From: Antedon mediterranea
Taxonomy: Eukaryota; Animalia; Echinodermata
Length of the DNA: 64,000 nucleotides
Assembly (NCBI RefSeq): GCF_964355755.1
Contig: NC_092679.1
Span: forward strand, 17,219,432 to 17,283,431
Reading direction: 5' to 3'
Each line of letters opens with the position of its first letter. The first letter of the stretch is position 1. Shown here in pieces: positions 23,325 to 38,300 of this stretch. A model generated the notes under the pieces. That model did not search any database. It was not told the origin of the DNA and was given only the letters and a program-made list of their open reading frames with translations. Both the position numbers and the translations under genes were made by a program.

Positions 23325-26300
23325 CTTAATATAATAAACAGTTTACAGTTTAATTGTATATAAAATTGATTGGATTGGAACTTAAAACTATAAAGAATAC
23401 GCCTACCAATTTAAAAAACAAAAAAAGACTTATCTAAGTGAAAGGCTCTCAATTTCTTTATGATACATACTGTGACATATTACAGTACCATGTGCTACCC
23501 TTCTACCCAGCATATTTCATTTAATAATCACTTAAAATATCACTTTGTGACCAACATGTGACTTAAAACGCCTATATTTCACTAACAAACTTCAAGTACA
23601 AAGTACAACACATACTTAAATTAAATATGTCGTACTTACTATTCTAAGTTATTGAAGATTAATAAATAAACCATCAAACATTGTTCGATGACGACAAAGG
23701 GAGTCAGACAACAAAGAGGTAAATAATGCAGTTATTTTAATAGCATTATGAGATGGCAATAATAGTTACACAAATTAACTGGCAATATGAATCAGGCATT
23801 TATGCATAAAAGTAGTGTAGAGGTAGCGTGGTGGTTAACATGCTTGCCTTCCAATCCCAAGGTCCAGGGTTCAATCCTGACCTATTGGTCTTTTAACTCC
23901 ACTTCTTAAGCCTCAAATGAGACTTATTCTATAAGCATGATAAACTATAAAATAGTTTATCCATCCTTTAATTAGCGAGTTTGTGCTCGCTGTTGGATGA
24001 GTATGAAATAAAAACTAAATAATTAAAAAAAAACTTACACAAATTAAAAACATTGTTGTAAAAATTTTAAAAATATTTACCTGGTGCACGGCCTGCAGCC
24101 AAATTCTTGAAATGGCTGCCTTTGAGAATTTCAACTGATAATCGGCCAGTCGTTGAGTTATAAGAAAGTCCGACTAAAAGTTCCGGCATACCGCCATGTT
24201 GCAACGACTGCAATGACGAGTTGCTTTCACTGTGTGATAGATCTGATGAACTAGAATATGGCGATGATGAACCACTCTGTATAAGAATAAAATGTTGAAT
24301 TTTACAGAAGGAAAGTAGAATATGAAATAACAAATAAGTAAATTATACCCGATTAACGCACACAACAAAAAATGTAACTTTTACATATATATTTCCTAAT
24401 TTTATCCAGTTATAATAACATATACACAATTCAAACAAGTAAAATGTAAATGCTGTTAAAACACGTACATTAGAACAATATGTACATATGTGCAGATATG
24501 GCTGAGCTACCGTACCTCGAATAGCTTGTTCACATATGCACAGATATGGCTGAGCTACCTCGAATAGCTTGTTCACATATGTGCAGATATGACTGAGCTA
24601 CCTCAAATAGCTTGTTCACATATGCGCAGATATGACTGAGCTACCTCGAATAGCTTGTTCACATATGCACAGATATGGTTGAGCTACCTCGAATAGCTTG
24701 TTCACATATGTGCAGATATGACTGAGCTACCTCAAATAGCTTGTTCACATATGCACAGATATGGCTGAGCTACCTCGAATAGCTTGTTCACATATGTGCA
24801 GATATGACTAAGCTACCTCGAATAGCTTGTTCACATATGCGCAGATATGACTGAGCTACCTCGAATAGCTTGTTCACATATGCGCAGATATGACTAAGCT
24901 ACCTCGAATAGCTTGTTCACATATGCGCAGATATGACTGAGCTACCTCGAATAGCTTGTTCACATATGCGCAGATATGACTGAGCTACCTTGAATAGCTT
25001 GTTCACATATGCGCAGATATGACTGAGCTACCTCGAATAGCTTGTTCACATATGCGCAGATATGACTAAGCTACCTCGAATAGCTTGTTCACATATGCGC
25101 AGATATGACTGAGCTACCTTGAATAGCTTGTTCACATATGCGCAGATATGACTGAGCTACCTCGAATAGCTTGTTCACATATGCGCAGATATGACTGAGC
25201 TACCTTGAATAGCTTGTTCACATATGCGCAGATATGACTGAGCTACCTTGAATAGCTTGTTCAGAGATTTTACATTGAGGTAACACAGAAAAGCTTTCAC
25301 ACATTTGTACCAAGTAAAAGATTTTTGTATGTGAATTTGGTATACGCTGTATTAACTAACTGCTATAATGTTCGCCTTGATTTTACTTACAGTATCGCTC
25401 CTGGCCAGGATTGGTATTGTAATTGTCTGCGTCGTTGTTGTATTGGTATTTAGAGACGAGAACTTTGTCACACATTCGCCAATTAACTGTTCCTTTCGCA
25501 TTTTCTCGGTCCCGAATAACCGAAACCTCATTGATGTGCTTGCTAATTCATGCGGAAAGAGGCGTGTGAAGCGAAATAGTTCTTTGAATTCTGGATTCTC
25601 ACCCTCGCGAATCCTTGTCTTTGCCCTTTGTCTCTTACTGGGCATGAGTGCCAAACGGACACGACAGCTTCCTGGGCCTCCTCGATCTTTAGAGGGTACG
25701 TCTGAAACTTTAACGACTGTGATATTCATCCTGCGTGCCTCTCCACTGTATGAGAATGCAACTTCCAATTTTCCGACTGTTGGTGGGGGTTCTCGAGGTT
25801 TTACCTGTCAAAAATTATATACAAGTCATTAATTATTCCATATTTTATAACTCCTAATGCTAGTGTTAGTGTAATAATAGCAAAAAAGTTTACTCTTTTA
25901 CTATGGTAATAAAAAAACAGTAATTATCATATCATATACCATATTTGGACGTATCCACAAATTGGGCTAAGCTTAGTTTTTAACCAAAATGATATAATTG
26001 GTATAAACTCACTTTGAGATACAAACACCTTATATGGATCTGGAGTGTTTTTTTGTGCTCTATTGGTCCTTGTTAAAGTGTGCGCCCTCTATTGTTGTGG
26101 TATTTGTACACTTATATGCAAATTATGCTTGTACACTACTGTATAATGCCAATCACGTAAAACGGCATTGAAAGGGACATTGTGGTCGAAGGCGGTGTTA
26201 TGTGCGAGGCCTTACAATTTATTATCAGTGTTTCCAGGATATGTATTGTAGTATCATACGTTATTGAAAGAATAAACCCTGCATAAAAATTAAGCCTTCG

Positions 26301-29300
26301 TGTACGAGTTATTAATAAAGTGTCGCTTTATTACAATAATAAATTGTGCCGTTATAGGAAGTACCTATAAGTCATTGAAGCCACTGTAGTTGATTGCGAA
26401 GTCCGCCATTGTTTTTTGAGTTGCAGAAACTGATCAGGACTGTATAATAATTGATTGCTAATTGTTACAAAATAATTTGGTGATCTAGGTTGTCTCTGTG
26501 TTGCGGAGGCCGCCATTGTTATCTGCGTTGCGGAAACTAATCGAATTTGTTAACCCAATTGTTTATTCTGTGTTGCGGAATGGAAGACGATTCGAAGTTT
26601 GGTTTAGGTGGATACAATTTGAGGAAGGTGCCCGCTCAAACTGAAAAAGGAAACCAATACAGGAAGGAGTTGGCACAGGAAAATCGGTATTCATCTAGAA
26701 ATTCATCTCGTTCATTTGGAACAAGTGCAGCCAGCAAATCTACGCGGTCTATGCGAACTCGTTCTTCTGCTAGAAGTTCAAGATTTGACATAAAGGAGAA
26801 ATTATTGAACTTGGAAGAACAAAAGGTGTCCGTTAAAGTGGAGCTGGAATTTGCGGAAGAAGAAATGCGGTTGAAACATTTGCACCTTGATAATGAAACA
26901 AAATTAATGAAACTTCAGCAGGAAAAGGAACTTGCCAAGGTGGACGCCGTTCTAAGTAAGGTAAAACAATTAGATTCTAAATCCGTTACCTCATTTATGG
27001 AGTACTTAGACGAATTACCTACACAATCTACAGATGATATTCAACAATATGTTGATAACATTCCCGAGAAGAACGTTGAACGTAATTCAGTTGATGCTAC
27101 GTTTGCAACACAACATTACAATACGTATAAACGGCCAACAACGGTATCTTCATTTGGGCAGTATGCGCCAATACCTGGGGTTGTTACGTCGTCGATTGCA
27201 TCTACTTCATATATGACAGTTCCTACTATATCATTGCCAATAATTACCGCACCTGAAGCTATGACAATTCCTGTACCGACGTGTGTTTTTGCTCAAATAC
27301 CGGTACCTACAATGACTAAGAATACTAACTCTATGCCTGTTCGGGCAACGTCATCTTTGTTGCTTCCGTCGACATTTGTGCCAGTTAGAGTAACATCCAC
27401 AATATCGTTTACTCCATCTCAACACATTACAGTTCCATCATCGTTTACTCCATATTCACTTGTTACTTCATTACCACCACAGCGTGTGGAGTCTCAATTC
27501 TTGATTCCAGTTTCATCACAAAATATGAACTTTCAGATTGCACCATCACTTGCTACTACGTTACCACCACAGCGTGTTGCATGTCAAGCCACGACGCCAG
27601 TCTCATCACAAAACTTTCCGATTTCGTCACCATTTGTGCAACCTTCACTGTTTAATCAGCCACAGTTTAATCAGCCACAGTTTAATCAGCCACAAGCACC
27701 GGTTATGAAAGAGTTAATAGATTCATTACGATTACCAACAGTAAGGGTGGAAAGGTTTGATGGAAACCCTTTAAAATACCCCATGTGGGAATGTGCATTT
27801 ACCTCTTTAATTGAATCTAAAGCCGTATCAGTGAATGAAAAGTTGAACTTACTAAGTCAACATCTGTCAGGAGAGCCGCTAGCTATGATAAGTAACTATA
27901 TGTTACTGCAGTCGGAAGAAGGTTATTATCGTGCACGTAGTGAACTTAAAAATAGATATGGTAACAATGCTGTTATTTCTAAGGCGTTTTTGTACAAGTT
28001 AGAAAGTTGGCCAAAGATCCAACCAAGAGATGCGCCTGGTCTTAGAGTATTTTCAGATTTTCTTAACGAAATCGTGGTAGCTAAACAAAAGATTCCGGAT
28101 TTGGGAGTTTTAGATTACCCTCAAGAGAACCTTAAACTAATAAAGAAGGTACCTTATTTCATAGAAAATAAGTGGCGAAATATTGTACAATCGTATGCTA
28201 ATGTTGACTCTTTTCCAAGTTTTGAAATATTTACAGGTTTTGTCAGAGCAAGGGCTGATGAAGCCAATATACCAATGTTTATTCAACAACCAACCGTACC
28301 ACGGATCGATGAACCAGAGAAGAAGCATCAACGCCGACAAACATCTCAATCATTTGCCACCAAAGTGAACATGCTCTGTACGTATTGCACTAAGGACCAT
28401 CATATAGATGACTGCGAAGGTTTTAATAAGCTGACAAGACGTGATCGAAAGCAGTATCTGTGTGAACACAAGTTATGTTACGGATGTGGTATGACTAATG
28501 AACATCTAGCATACCAGTGCTCTAATGCTATAACATGTAAACATTGTAAAAACAAACATTTATCAAGCTTGCATATTTTTAAGCAAAACGATAAACGCAC
28601 TGTTAATACGTCTTTGTGCACCTCCGTTACAAGTAAATCATCAAATACTTCTATGATAGTGCCTGTTTGGTTTCGAAGTTCTCGATGCCCACAGAATGAA
28701 ATTCTAATCTATTGTATTTTGGACCCCCAGTCTAATACTTGTTTTATTTCAGATAGCATTGCTGAGAAACTGAAGTTGGAGGGGAATAAAACCAATCTAC
28801 TTCTGTCAACTATGCATAGCAAATCATCCGTGTCATGTCGCAAGTTTAGCCACATGGAAGTTGTTAGCTTTGACCGAAAGACTGTGATACCAATTCCTAC
28901 AGTTTTTTCTAGAGATCAAATTCCAGCCACCAGGTCCCAAATTCCTACTCCAGCTGTTGCAAGTAAGTGGACTCACTTGAACCGCATTTCATCTGTTATT
29001 GTTCCTTATATGCAGAATGTGCCGATAGCAATGTTAATAGGAAACAATGTTCCAAATGCCATTAGACCTAGAGACATAATAGCTGGTGGAGAAGATGAAC
29101 CATACGGACAACTATCAGCTCTTGGATGGGGTGTCGTGGGCACCATGTGCCAAAGGGTTCCGGAAGTGTCGGTGTCTAATCACATGGTTGCTTCGGAAAA
29201 AGACTCGATTGTATCACCGAAGAATCGTTTGGTTAATCAAACTAATGCCAAAGAGATGATTTTGATAATGTATGAACTAGATTTTAATGACGATAAGCCT

Positions 29301-32300
29301 GGTCAATCTGCAATGTCAGCCGATGATCGTAAATTCATGGATATCATGGAATCAAATGTAGTTCAGCGTACAGATGATCACTACGAAATGCCTCTGCCCT
29401 TTAAGATAAGAGAAGGTATGCCGAATAATCGTAACATGGCTTTAAAGCGTCTAAAACAGCTTAAACACAAACTAAATCATAATTCAACCTTTAAGAATGA
29501 CTACATGAACTTTATGGTAGATGTTCTTGAGAACTGTTCAGAGAAGGTTCCTGTAAACGAACTGGACATGCGTAATGGTGAAATTAATTACGTTCCCCAT
29601 CATGGTGTATATCACCCGAAAAAGAAAAAACTTCGTGTGGTATTCGATTGTTCAGCCGAGTATGCTGGAACATCATTAAATAAACGTTTATTACAGGGGC
29701 CCGATATGATTAACAATTTATTTGGAGTCTTAACTCGTTTCAGAAAGGAACCAATTGCTATTCAAGCCGATGTGAAAGGAATGTTTCACCAGTTTTTCGT
29801 TTCAGAGCCTGATCGTAACTTTCTTCGATTTCTATGGTGGAAGGACGGTTCTGAAGAAATAGTCGAACATAGGATGACTGTTCATCTGTTTGGCGCTGTG
29901 AGTTCGCCTGCAGTCGCTAACTTCGGCCTACGAAAGGCTGCTGATGATGGTGAATCTCAATACGGTAAACCAGTTGCTGACTTCATACGTAATGACTTTT
30001 ACGTCGACGACGGTTTGAAATCTCTTCCATCGGAAGCTGATGCAATTCAATTGATCGACTCTTCTACTAAGATGTGTGCTAAGGCAGGTTTAACATTGCA
30101 TAAATGGGTAACTAACAATAGACAAGTGTTAAATTCAATTCCCACAGATTTGAGAGCAACCGACTGGAAGGAGATTTCTTTACACGACCAGTTACCTATT
30201 GAACGTGCTCTTGGTGTTGTTTGGTGCGTGGAAACGGATACGTTCGAGTTTCGAATGGAATTTAAAGATAATCCTGTCACTCGCCGTGGGATTCTCTCTA
30301 CTTTAAGTGCAGTATACGATCCGTTTGGTTTCCTGGCACCTGTATTGATTGTTGGAAAACTGATTCTACGAGAGTTGTGTATGTCTCAGCTTGATTGGGA
30401 CGATCCACTTTCAGACGAGATGTATCATAAGTGGGCCAAATGGCGAAATGATATAATATCAGGAATCGAGAACATTAAGGTCAAACGATGTTTTAAACCG
30501 GTTGATTTTGGTTCCGTGAGCAAGGCAGAAATGCATTTTTTCTCAGACGCAAGTGAATTTGCTTATGCTCAATCATCTTACATCAGACTAATTAACACTC
30601 TAGGACAGGTGTCCGTATCTTTTCTTTTAGGTAAATCCAGGATTGTACCAAAAACCAAAACCACTACCATTCCAAGGTTGGAACTTGTTGCCGCAGCCTT
30701 ATCAGCACGTATGAGTGGATTGATAACGAGAGAACTGGCTTACGATGCTACACATTATTATTGGTGTGACAGCAAAGTTGTTCTGGGGTATATCCGAAAT
30801 GAAGCAAGAAAGTTCAAGGTATTTGTATCTAACCGCATACAACAAATTCATGACCACTCCAGTACCAATGATTGGCATTACGTTCCATCCGCATCTAATC
30901 CAAGTGACTCTGGTACAAGGGGAGTGAGTATTGTTCAGCTGACGAACTCTACATGGTTAAATGGACCGCCCTTCTTGCATACTAATGAGCCATTACCGAC
31001 TGCTGAATCTTGTGTGGAAACTGCTGATGTTGACATTTCAGACGAGATGCGGAAGACTACTTGTGTATTTTCTACTTGCATATCTTTAGATTTGTTTCAG
31101 AAATGGTTTATTAATTTATGCAATAATTTCTCATCATGGACCAGGTTGCGCAGGGTAATCGCTAGATGTCTGATGTGGAAGAAACGACTGATGGACGCTG
31201 CTAAAGTTAATATAAAAGAGGGTAGCATGTTTAAATCGATTTCTTCTGACTGTACCATACCTTGCGTAGATGACATTCAAGTAAGTGAGAAGTTAATATT
31301 GAAACATGTTCAAGATCAACACTTCTACGATGAGAAAGTATTACTAAGTAAGCTGTTAAACACGAATAGTTTAGAGGATCGTAAATCAGATGTTCAGCTG
31401 AAAAGATCAAGTTTTCTATATGGACTAGATCCGTTTTTAGATGAAAACCAACTTATAAGAGTTGGGGGAAGAGTAAAACGTTCCAAGTTTGCATTTGATG
31501 TTAAGCATCCCTTGATCTTACCGAAAAGGTGTCATTTAACTAATCTTATTATCTCACATTTTCATGAGCAGATGAACCATGCTGGGAAAGTTTCAACCTT
31601 AAATGAAGTCCGACAACGAGGCTATTGGATAATCCACGGTCTATCTACAGTTGGCGAATTGGTTCATCGTTGTGTAATCTGCCGCAAGTTAAGGGGTAAA
31701 TTATCGAACCAGAAGATGGCAGACCTACCAATTGAGAGGATTTCAGATGCTGCACCGTTTACCTACAGTGGAGTAGATTTATTTGGACCTTTTAACATAA
31801 AAGAAAGAAGAAGCCTCGTAAAAAGGTACGGAGTACTTTTCGTTTGTTTATCATCGAAGGCTATACATTTAGAGTCGGCAAATACGTTGGAAACAAATTC
31901 GTTCATTAACGCATTAAGACGGTTCGTTAGTGTTCGTGGACCAGTCAGACAACTACATTCGGATAGGGGAACCAATCTTGTCGGTACCAGAAATGAATGG
32001 CAAAACGTAAATGAAGACGAGGTCAAGAAATATCTTGTGGGCCAAGGTTGTGATATCCATTTCAAATTTAACTTCCCGTCCGCCAGCCATATGGGAGGAA
32101 TTTGGGAACGCCAAATTCGTACTGTGAGAAATGCTTTGGCTCCTCTACTCAACATACATGGTAGCCAGTTGGGTGATGAATGTTTTCGTACGTTGCTTTC
32201 CGAAGTCATGAACATTGTAAATTCCAGGCCCCTTACTGTTAACAACTTAAATGACCCAAATTCAATGGAACCGCTAACACCTAATCACATTCTAACCTTA

Positions 32301-35300
32301 AAACATAAAGTTGTAGTTCCTCCACCAGGTATCTTTCAGAATGCTGATATGTACTGTAGACGGCGATGGAGACGAGTGCAACACTTATCCAACGAGTTTT
32401 GGTGTAGATGGCGAAAAGAATACTTATCGTCAATGCAGTCACGGTCAAAGTGGACGTCACCAAAGAGCAACTTCAAAGTTGGCGACGTAGTGCTTTTGAA
32501 GGGAGACAACGTTCCACGTAACATCTGGGAATTAGCCAAGGTTATTGCACTGCATCCAAGCGACGACGGGCTCGTAAGAAAGGTTTCAGTCTTCGTTGGA
32601 CGACGACAATCCGTGCTGGAAAGACCTGTGCACAAACTAGTGCAGTTGGTGCCAGTTGATTGAACTTATGAACTTGATAATACTAGAATCATGGTTAGCC
32701 ATGCTCTTTTATAAAATGTATTGCGAATAATATGGATTTTGGCGATTCGCCTATACTGATGATAATCTTTGATTGAATAGACCTTAAGTCTTAATCATAA
32801 GTAATTTCATTATTGTTTCAAATCCCCGTCAGTGGAGCCTTTATAACTTGATCGTGCTGTTTAATGTTTGTAATATGTTATTATATTTTATGTTTTGCAA
32901 AGATCTCTAGTATCGTTTGCAAGGGAGCCATGTTAAAGTGTGCGCCCTCTATTGTTGTGGTATTTGTACACTTATATGCAAATTATGCTTGTACACTACT
33001 GTATAATGCCAATCACGTAAAACGGCATTGAAAGGGACATTGTGGTCGAAGGCGGTGTTATGTGCGAGGCCTTACAATTTATTATCAGTGTTTCCAGGAT
33101 ATGTATTGTAGTATCATACGTTATTGAAAGAATAAACCCTGCATAAAAATTAAGCCTTCGTGTACGAGTTATTAATAAAGTGTCGCTTTATTACAGTCCT
33201 CATGAGTAATAATAGTTATGACCCCTTTAAGATCCTACAAAGTGTACCCTTAAATAGTTGTTAGTCATAGTGTTAACAAAATATATAGTCCTTCACTTCT
33301 TTCATAGGAGTGTATTACCTTAGGGGTGTCACCTGAAAAGGATTTCCCAAAGGAGGGGATTTGTACTGGAATCTACTTTATTGTACTCTACAGGGATTCT
33401 GTTGGGTTTTCCCCAAATGTCAAGGTTTAAAAATAGCATTTATCATGTTCTTGAATGTTATAGCTATAATTAGCATTGACAGTTGTTATTCATTAACACA
33501 ATACCAGGTAGTTAATATTATACATCTTTTATTGTCAGATACCTGTATTATAGTGGATACACCACAGATACCCACATATTAAATTATTATTATGAGATAC
33601 CTTCATATTCATAAAGGTCATAATACTGCTACTAACTGTAAGGTTCATTAAACATTGTATCAGTGTAAACATGCCAAAAAGAAGTTCTTTTTGTATAGAT
33701 AATCCTAGCTATTAAATATAACAATACTTGTGGCCACTGTTTGAATATGTATTCTTTAGTACTATGGTTTCATTTTAGGATAAGATTAAACAAATGTTTT
33801 ATGTATCAAAGAACTCAGTTGTCTCAGTATTGTACTTTGCTTTCCCATTATGTATCTATACTTTAAATACTATATTTCCAGTTTTAAAATATGGATACAC
33901 CCATCCTCACTACTATCTACATAACCATTGTAACCCTTTAAAACAACTTTGAAAGTTGATGGTCTCATATACAGCTATGTAAATGGTATAACACGAGTGG
34001 TGTAACGCAGAGACATGACGCCCCTGGTTTAGGGACGCAAGTGGTCCTCCATCGCTGGAGACCATCAGCGTTTTAATTTTTTTCGACATATTTTAATGCA
34101 TGTTTTCTTCTTCTGGGCCTGCTCCGGGGCCCCTGGGTTTAGCAAGTGAGCGCTCATAGCCGTTACTTTATCCCCATCTGGTTACCCTTAAAACAACTTA
34201 AAAGTTAATGGTTCCATACATGTTTGTATCTCTCTCAATCTAAATAAATTTACCTCTCCTCCCTCTAAACCAATTGTATCGTTTTCATCATCCTGGTCAA
34301 AGAGTCCAGCAGAAGAACCAAAACTACCGCTGCCTACGGTGCCTTGTTCTACATCACCAAGATCTTCAGTGTGTACTGCGAAAAATATCAAAAAATAAAA
34401 CGTTTAAAATAAAGGACACAACACAACAATGAAGATTATGTTAAACAAGAGATTAAAAAAACAACAGTCAATTAAATTTTCAATTAAAAATTCAGCTGAA
34501 CAATATTTCACAGAAATCCATCCCCATCCACCTCCTCCGCACCAGAAGAATAAGCTTCTGCATTTTTTGTTCAAACTGATTGGTGCAAAAGTATTCTCGA
34601 TTATAACATAACAGACACAGAGTGCATCCTTGCCATTCAGTACAGTACTACTATTATACGGAAAAGTGATATTCAATGATGATTTTTAATGGTACTATTG
34701 TACGATGATTTTAAGAATTTTGTGAGAACATGTACTACTACTGTTCTATTCTATGTACACAATATGAGCACTACCTTTTGAATGGTATAGCATTTGATAT
34801 TGATAGTGGAGTCTGTTAGGGCTGAAATAAGGGAGAATATATCCCTGACATACTCCACTATAATTAAAGATAGAAGGAGCAGATTAACTGAATATAAGTT
34901 TACTTTAAAGCTCGGTCTACACTATCAAAGTAGTATGACAAAAAAAGTGTGATGTGCTCAAATATAATATGACATCATCATTTCCATATATGGGCACATC
35001 ATATTTTTTGTCACATAAGGTTTGATAGTGTAGACAAGGCTTTGAAAAAGATTTGGTGTGTTATAAAGAAAAAAACATTCCTCCTATTTAACTCAGAATC
35101 ATTCATTATTTGTTGAAAATGTTGTGGAGGAAAACAATTTATTCACTAAAATATTTGTTCAATCTTCCTGCAAGTGCTGAATTGATCTTTTCCCGAACTC
35201 AAATTTACTTTAAAAGCACATGTATCAGAAAAATATTTGTTTATACCAGCAACAGTAAATTATGCTAATTGTAAATTATATGCATATGGCATAACAAGGC

Positions 35301-38300
35301 AATATATTAATACAGTAGTATGCATTGTGTATAAATAACCTATTTCCGAGAATAATAACAATACTGTTAATTAAACATTGTTGTTGTTGTTATGTTAGTA
35401 TATAATTGCCATTTATAGTTCAGATATTAAATAGTGCATCTCAAATGGGGTTGGTGACATGTTCCTAACCACCAAACCATAGGCCTTTACAAAACAATTT
35501 ACAAAATAAAATAATCATTTTCCTTCCTAAAAAAACTTTGAAACCATCGTAAAACTATCTAATACATCATTTGAAAAAAAAACCCACAAAAAATAATTTC
35601 CATTACAACAATCAATGCAATGGATTTAGATTTCACAGTAAATTTGAACTACATGCTTCTTCCTTGTCCAAGACAGTGGCTGTGTGAACTAATACACCCC
35701 GAGGTAACTCTCTACTTGTCTTGTAAGATGTACTACTGTAGGTTCCTTTTGAATACACAATATTATCTGGGATGTATAACTCTAAAATTATGATAGATAC
35801 AAATCAATCATATAGTGGTCACCATATTATTTATTGCTGATCTACTGATCTAGTTAAAGATAGTATGAAGATATTATATTGACTTGTGATATAAAAAATG
35901 ACATAATAAAAGTCAAGTCTATTTCCAGAATAGAATAATCTATTGAAAGAAAGAATGACTATCTAAAGAAATAATTCACATATTTATAAATTCTAAAATA
36001 AACCACTTCATATTTGAAAGGGTCAAATTAACAATGGCATAATTATCTATAAAACTAGATAAAAGTATTATGATTCAAAAAGTATATAAAGATTGTGGTA
36101 TTAATTTTACTACTTAAATAGGCTGTTTGGCCATGAACTGGAAGGAACCGCAAGCCACATCGGGTAATCATGTTTTGAAAGTCTGATTTTTCCCCATAAA
36201 AGTCGACAGTTGGTAATCTTGTCAGACACACAATCAGTCATTCCTGGTCAAATCCATCAGTACTAATACCAGTCGCTGTCCAATCATTGAAACTTCAAAA
36301 GAATCCCTCCTTTTCAAACTAGATGCCAGCAGCATAAAGTTATACTAGTAGTTATAAATTGTGGTTACGATACAAGCTTACTTCACTTAAGAAAGTGACC
36401 CGTGGTAGTTCATGAAACCTTGGTTTAAGTTTTATAATACAACATTTTGATAAAAAAGACCTAGATTCCGCAACTGGGTTCATACAGCATGTAAAAAATT
36501 AATATAGTAGTTTTAGTCTTTGGGCTAGTTTACTGTATTTTATGGCAATATGCATAATAAACAATCATATATTTATATTTCAAATACGGTAATAATAAAG
36601 ATGATTGACAGCGATGACCATGCTGTACTAGCTTTAATAAACACTAAGTGTACTGGTAGGCTAAGCCAATATGCTAAAACAAGTATAACACATTAAAAGC
36701 CCCAATGGTGAGTGACTCATAATCACATAACAAAAACATATAATTGAAAATGACATACATAGATTTTGTTCATTCCGTATTCTCACGCAAAGTTCGGGCC
36801 TACCGAGTTATGGTTTTGTATCATACACAACAATATACAACTGAACTAGGAAGAGATTAGTGGAAGCCACCATTTACGACACTGACCTTTTGTTTGTTAC
36901 GAAATCTATGGGTACAAAATTAATGTATATTGCTTATGATATGAAAGTCATACACCAACAATTTTGCCCACCTCATCCCCCTCCCGCAACTACTGTTCTG
37001 CGAAACATCAATAAAAATAAACGTTAATCAAGTTGAACACTTTGCAGTTACGATACTAAACGTGAACTGGTTTACGATACAAAAGCGTAACAATCTATCT
37101 GAACATACTTTATTCTAAAAACAACAAACTGACAGCAAATCTTTTAAGGACATCATTAATACTCATAAATCATAAAATCAATAAACAATCCAGATATATT
37201 GTGTTTTACCTCTGTATACATATCCTGACCTCTCCGAACTTGTCCACGTACTACTACAAATTGACGAATCATCAGAATAATTAAAAGCAAAGCCAGCTAG
37301 TCCTGCGTGATTTTGAAGAAATGATGGATTGTTTTGTAGTCCTGTTTTACTACTGGCACTTATATACTCGTCCTGTTGTTCGTCCAAAATGTTATTTACC
37401 TCTTCGGCGGTATTCACGTTAACAGAACCATTTGCCTTCGTTTCATTTGATTTCCAAAAGGTGAAAATTCCAAAGCCAGGCTGTCCAAAACTAAAATTTG
37501 CACAACAACTCAAGCAACCCATGCTTTTAAGCTAACTATTCACACACAAATGAAAGAATCAGTGAATCGAGTTAAAGTCAATATGCAAATACTAGCAGGT
37601 CACATAAATTGACCTTGAATGAATTCAACCATTGTAAAGTTGAGAAAACTAAAAGCCTGTGGTATATGGCTTTTAACTGAGATAATATGGGTTTATGAAA
37701 TGTACAGAAACGAGCTTAAATTTGAGATTATGTTCTAATTATCAACTCAAAAGTTCATAATCATAAAACTAGATTTTCTAAACCTAGAAACTCAATTCAT
37801 AATAAAACACTATCTGATAATGTCCGTATACATAACAGACTCAATTATTGATACCACTAATGTTCAATATAAAACTCATGAGAAGGAAGTCTTGATTTAA
37901 CGTTTTGATCTCTTCCTTTCAACCATTATAAATATGAACTGAAAATTATTGACAAATGAGGTCTATGATTTAAACAAATCTGGTGTTTTTTAATTATATA
38001 AAAATCCTTTTTTTCTTGATCAAATATATTATTCTGTTAAATATTTTTAAGGTGTTTCATAAGGACCAAAGTAGAAATATGTTTGGCAGGGTTATAGAGT
38101 TACTCTAAAACTAACCACGACACTCAGAAAGTGTTTTCCATTTATTTAAACATTATTATTTGATAAAATATTTGTAGAAATTAAAATGATTTCAATTTGA
38201 AAACATTCTAAAACATTTAATTTTGTTCATTAAAAAGCAATTAAAAAGTAAATATACGGTTGAATTGCATTCAAATTTCTTCAAAATATCAAATTTGTTT

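Larger units (their letters stand above)
26071..33195 (+). mobile_element. Full-length BEL/Pao LTR retrotransposon (7125 bp), antisense in a SYT14-like intron
   Basis: 265-bp TG...CA LTRs (26071..26335 and 32931..33195) identical by eye; 5-bp TSD GTCCT; single long ORF. Confidence 0.96.

Noticed and set aside
23818-23890. tRNA-Gly-like gene
   Set aside because: No proper acceptor stem, and it continues into a body with an A-rich tail; better explained as a SINE head.
24483-25262. 43-bp repeats here and at 47479..47790 as CRISPR arrays
   Set aside because: Units are head-to-tail with no unique spacers, there are no cas genes, and the context is a eukaryotic intron.
25368-25832. Plus-strand ORF overlapping the C2A exon, and similar antisense ORFs at 4143, 16459 and 31763
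   Set aside because: Shadow frames of real coding exons on the other strand.
33994-34170. GC-rich patch resembling a small hAT-like MITE
   Set aside because: Termini too degenerate and no TSD found.
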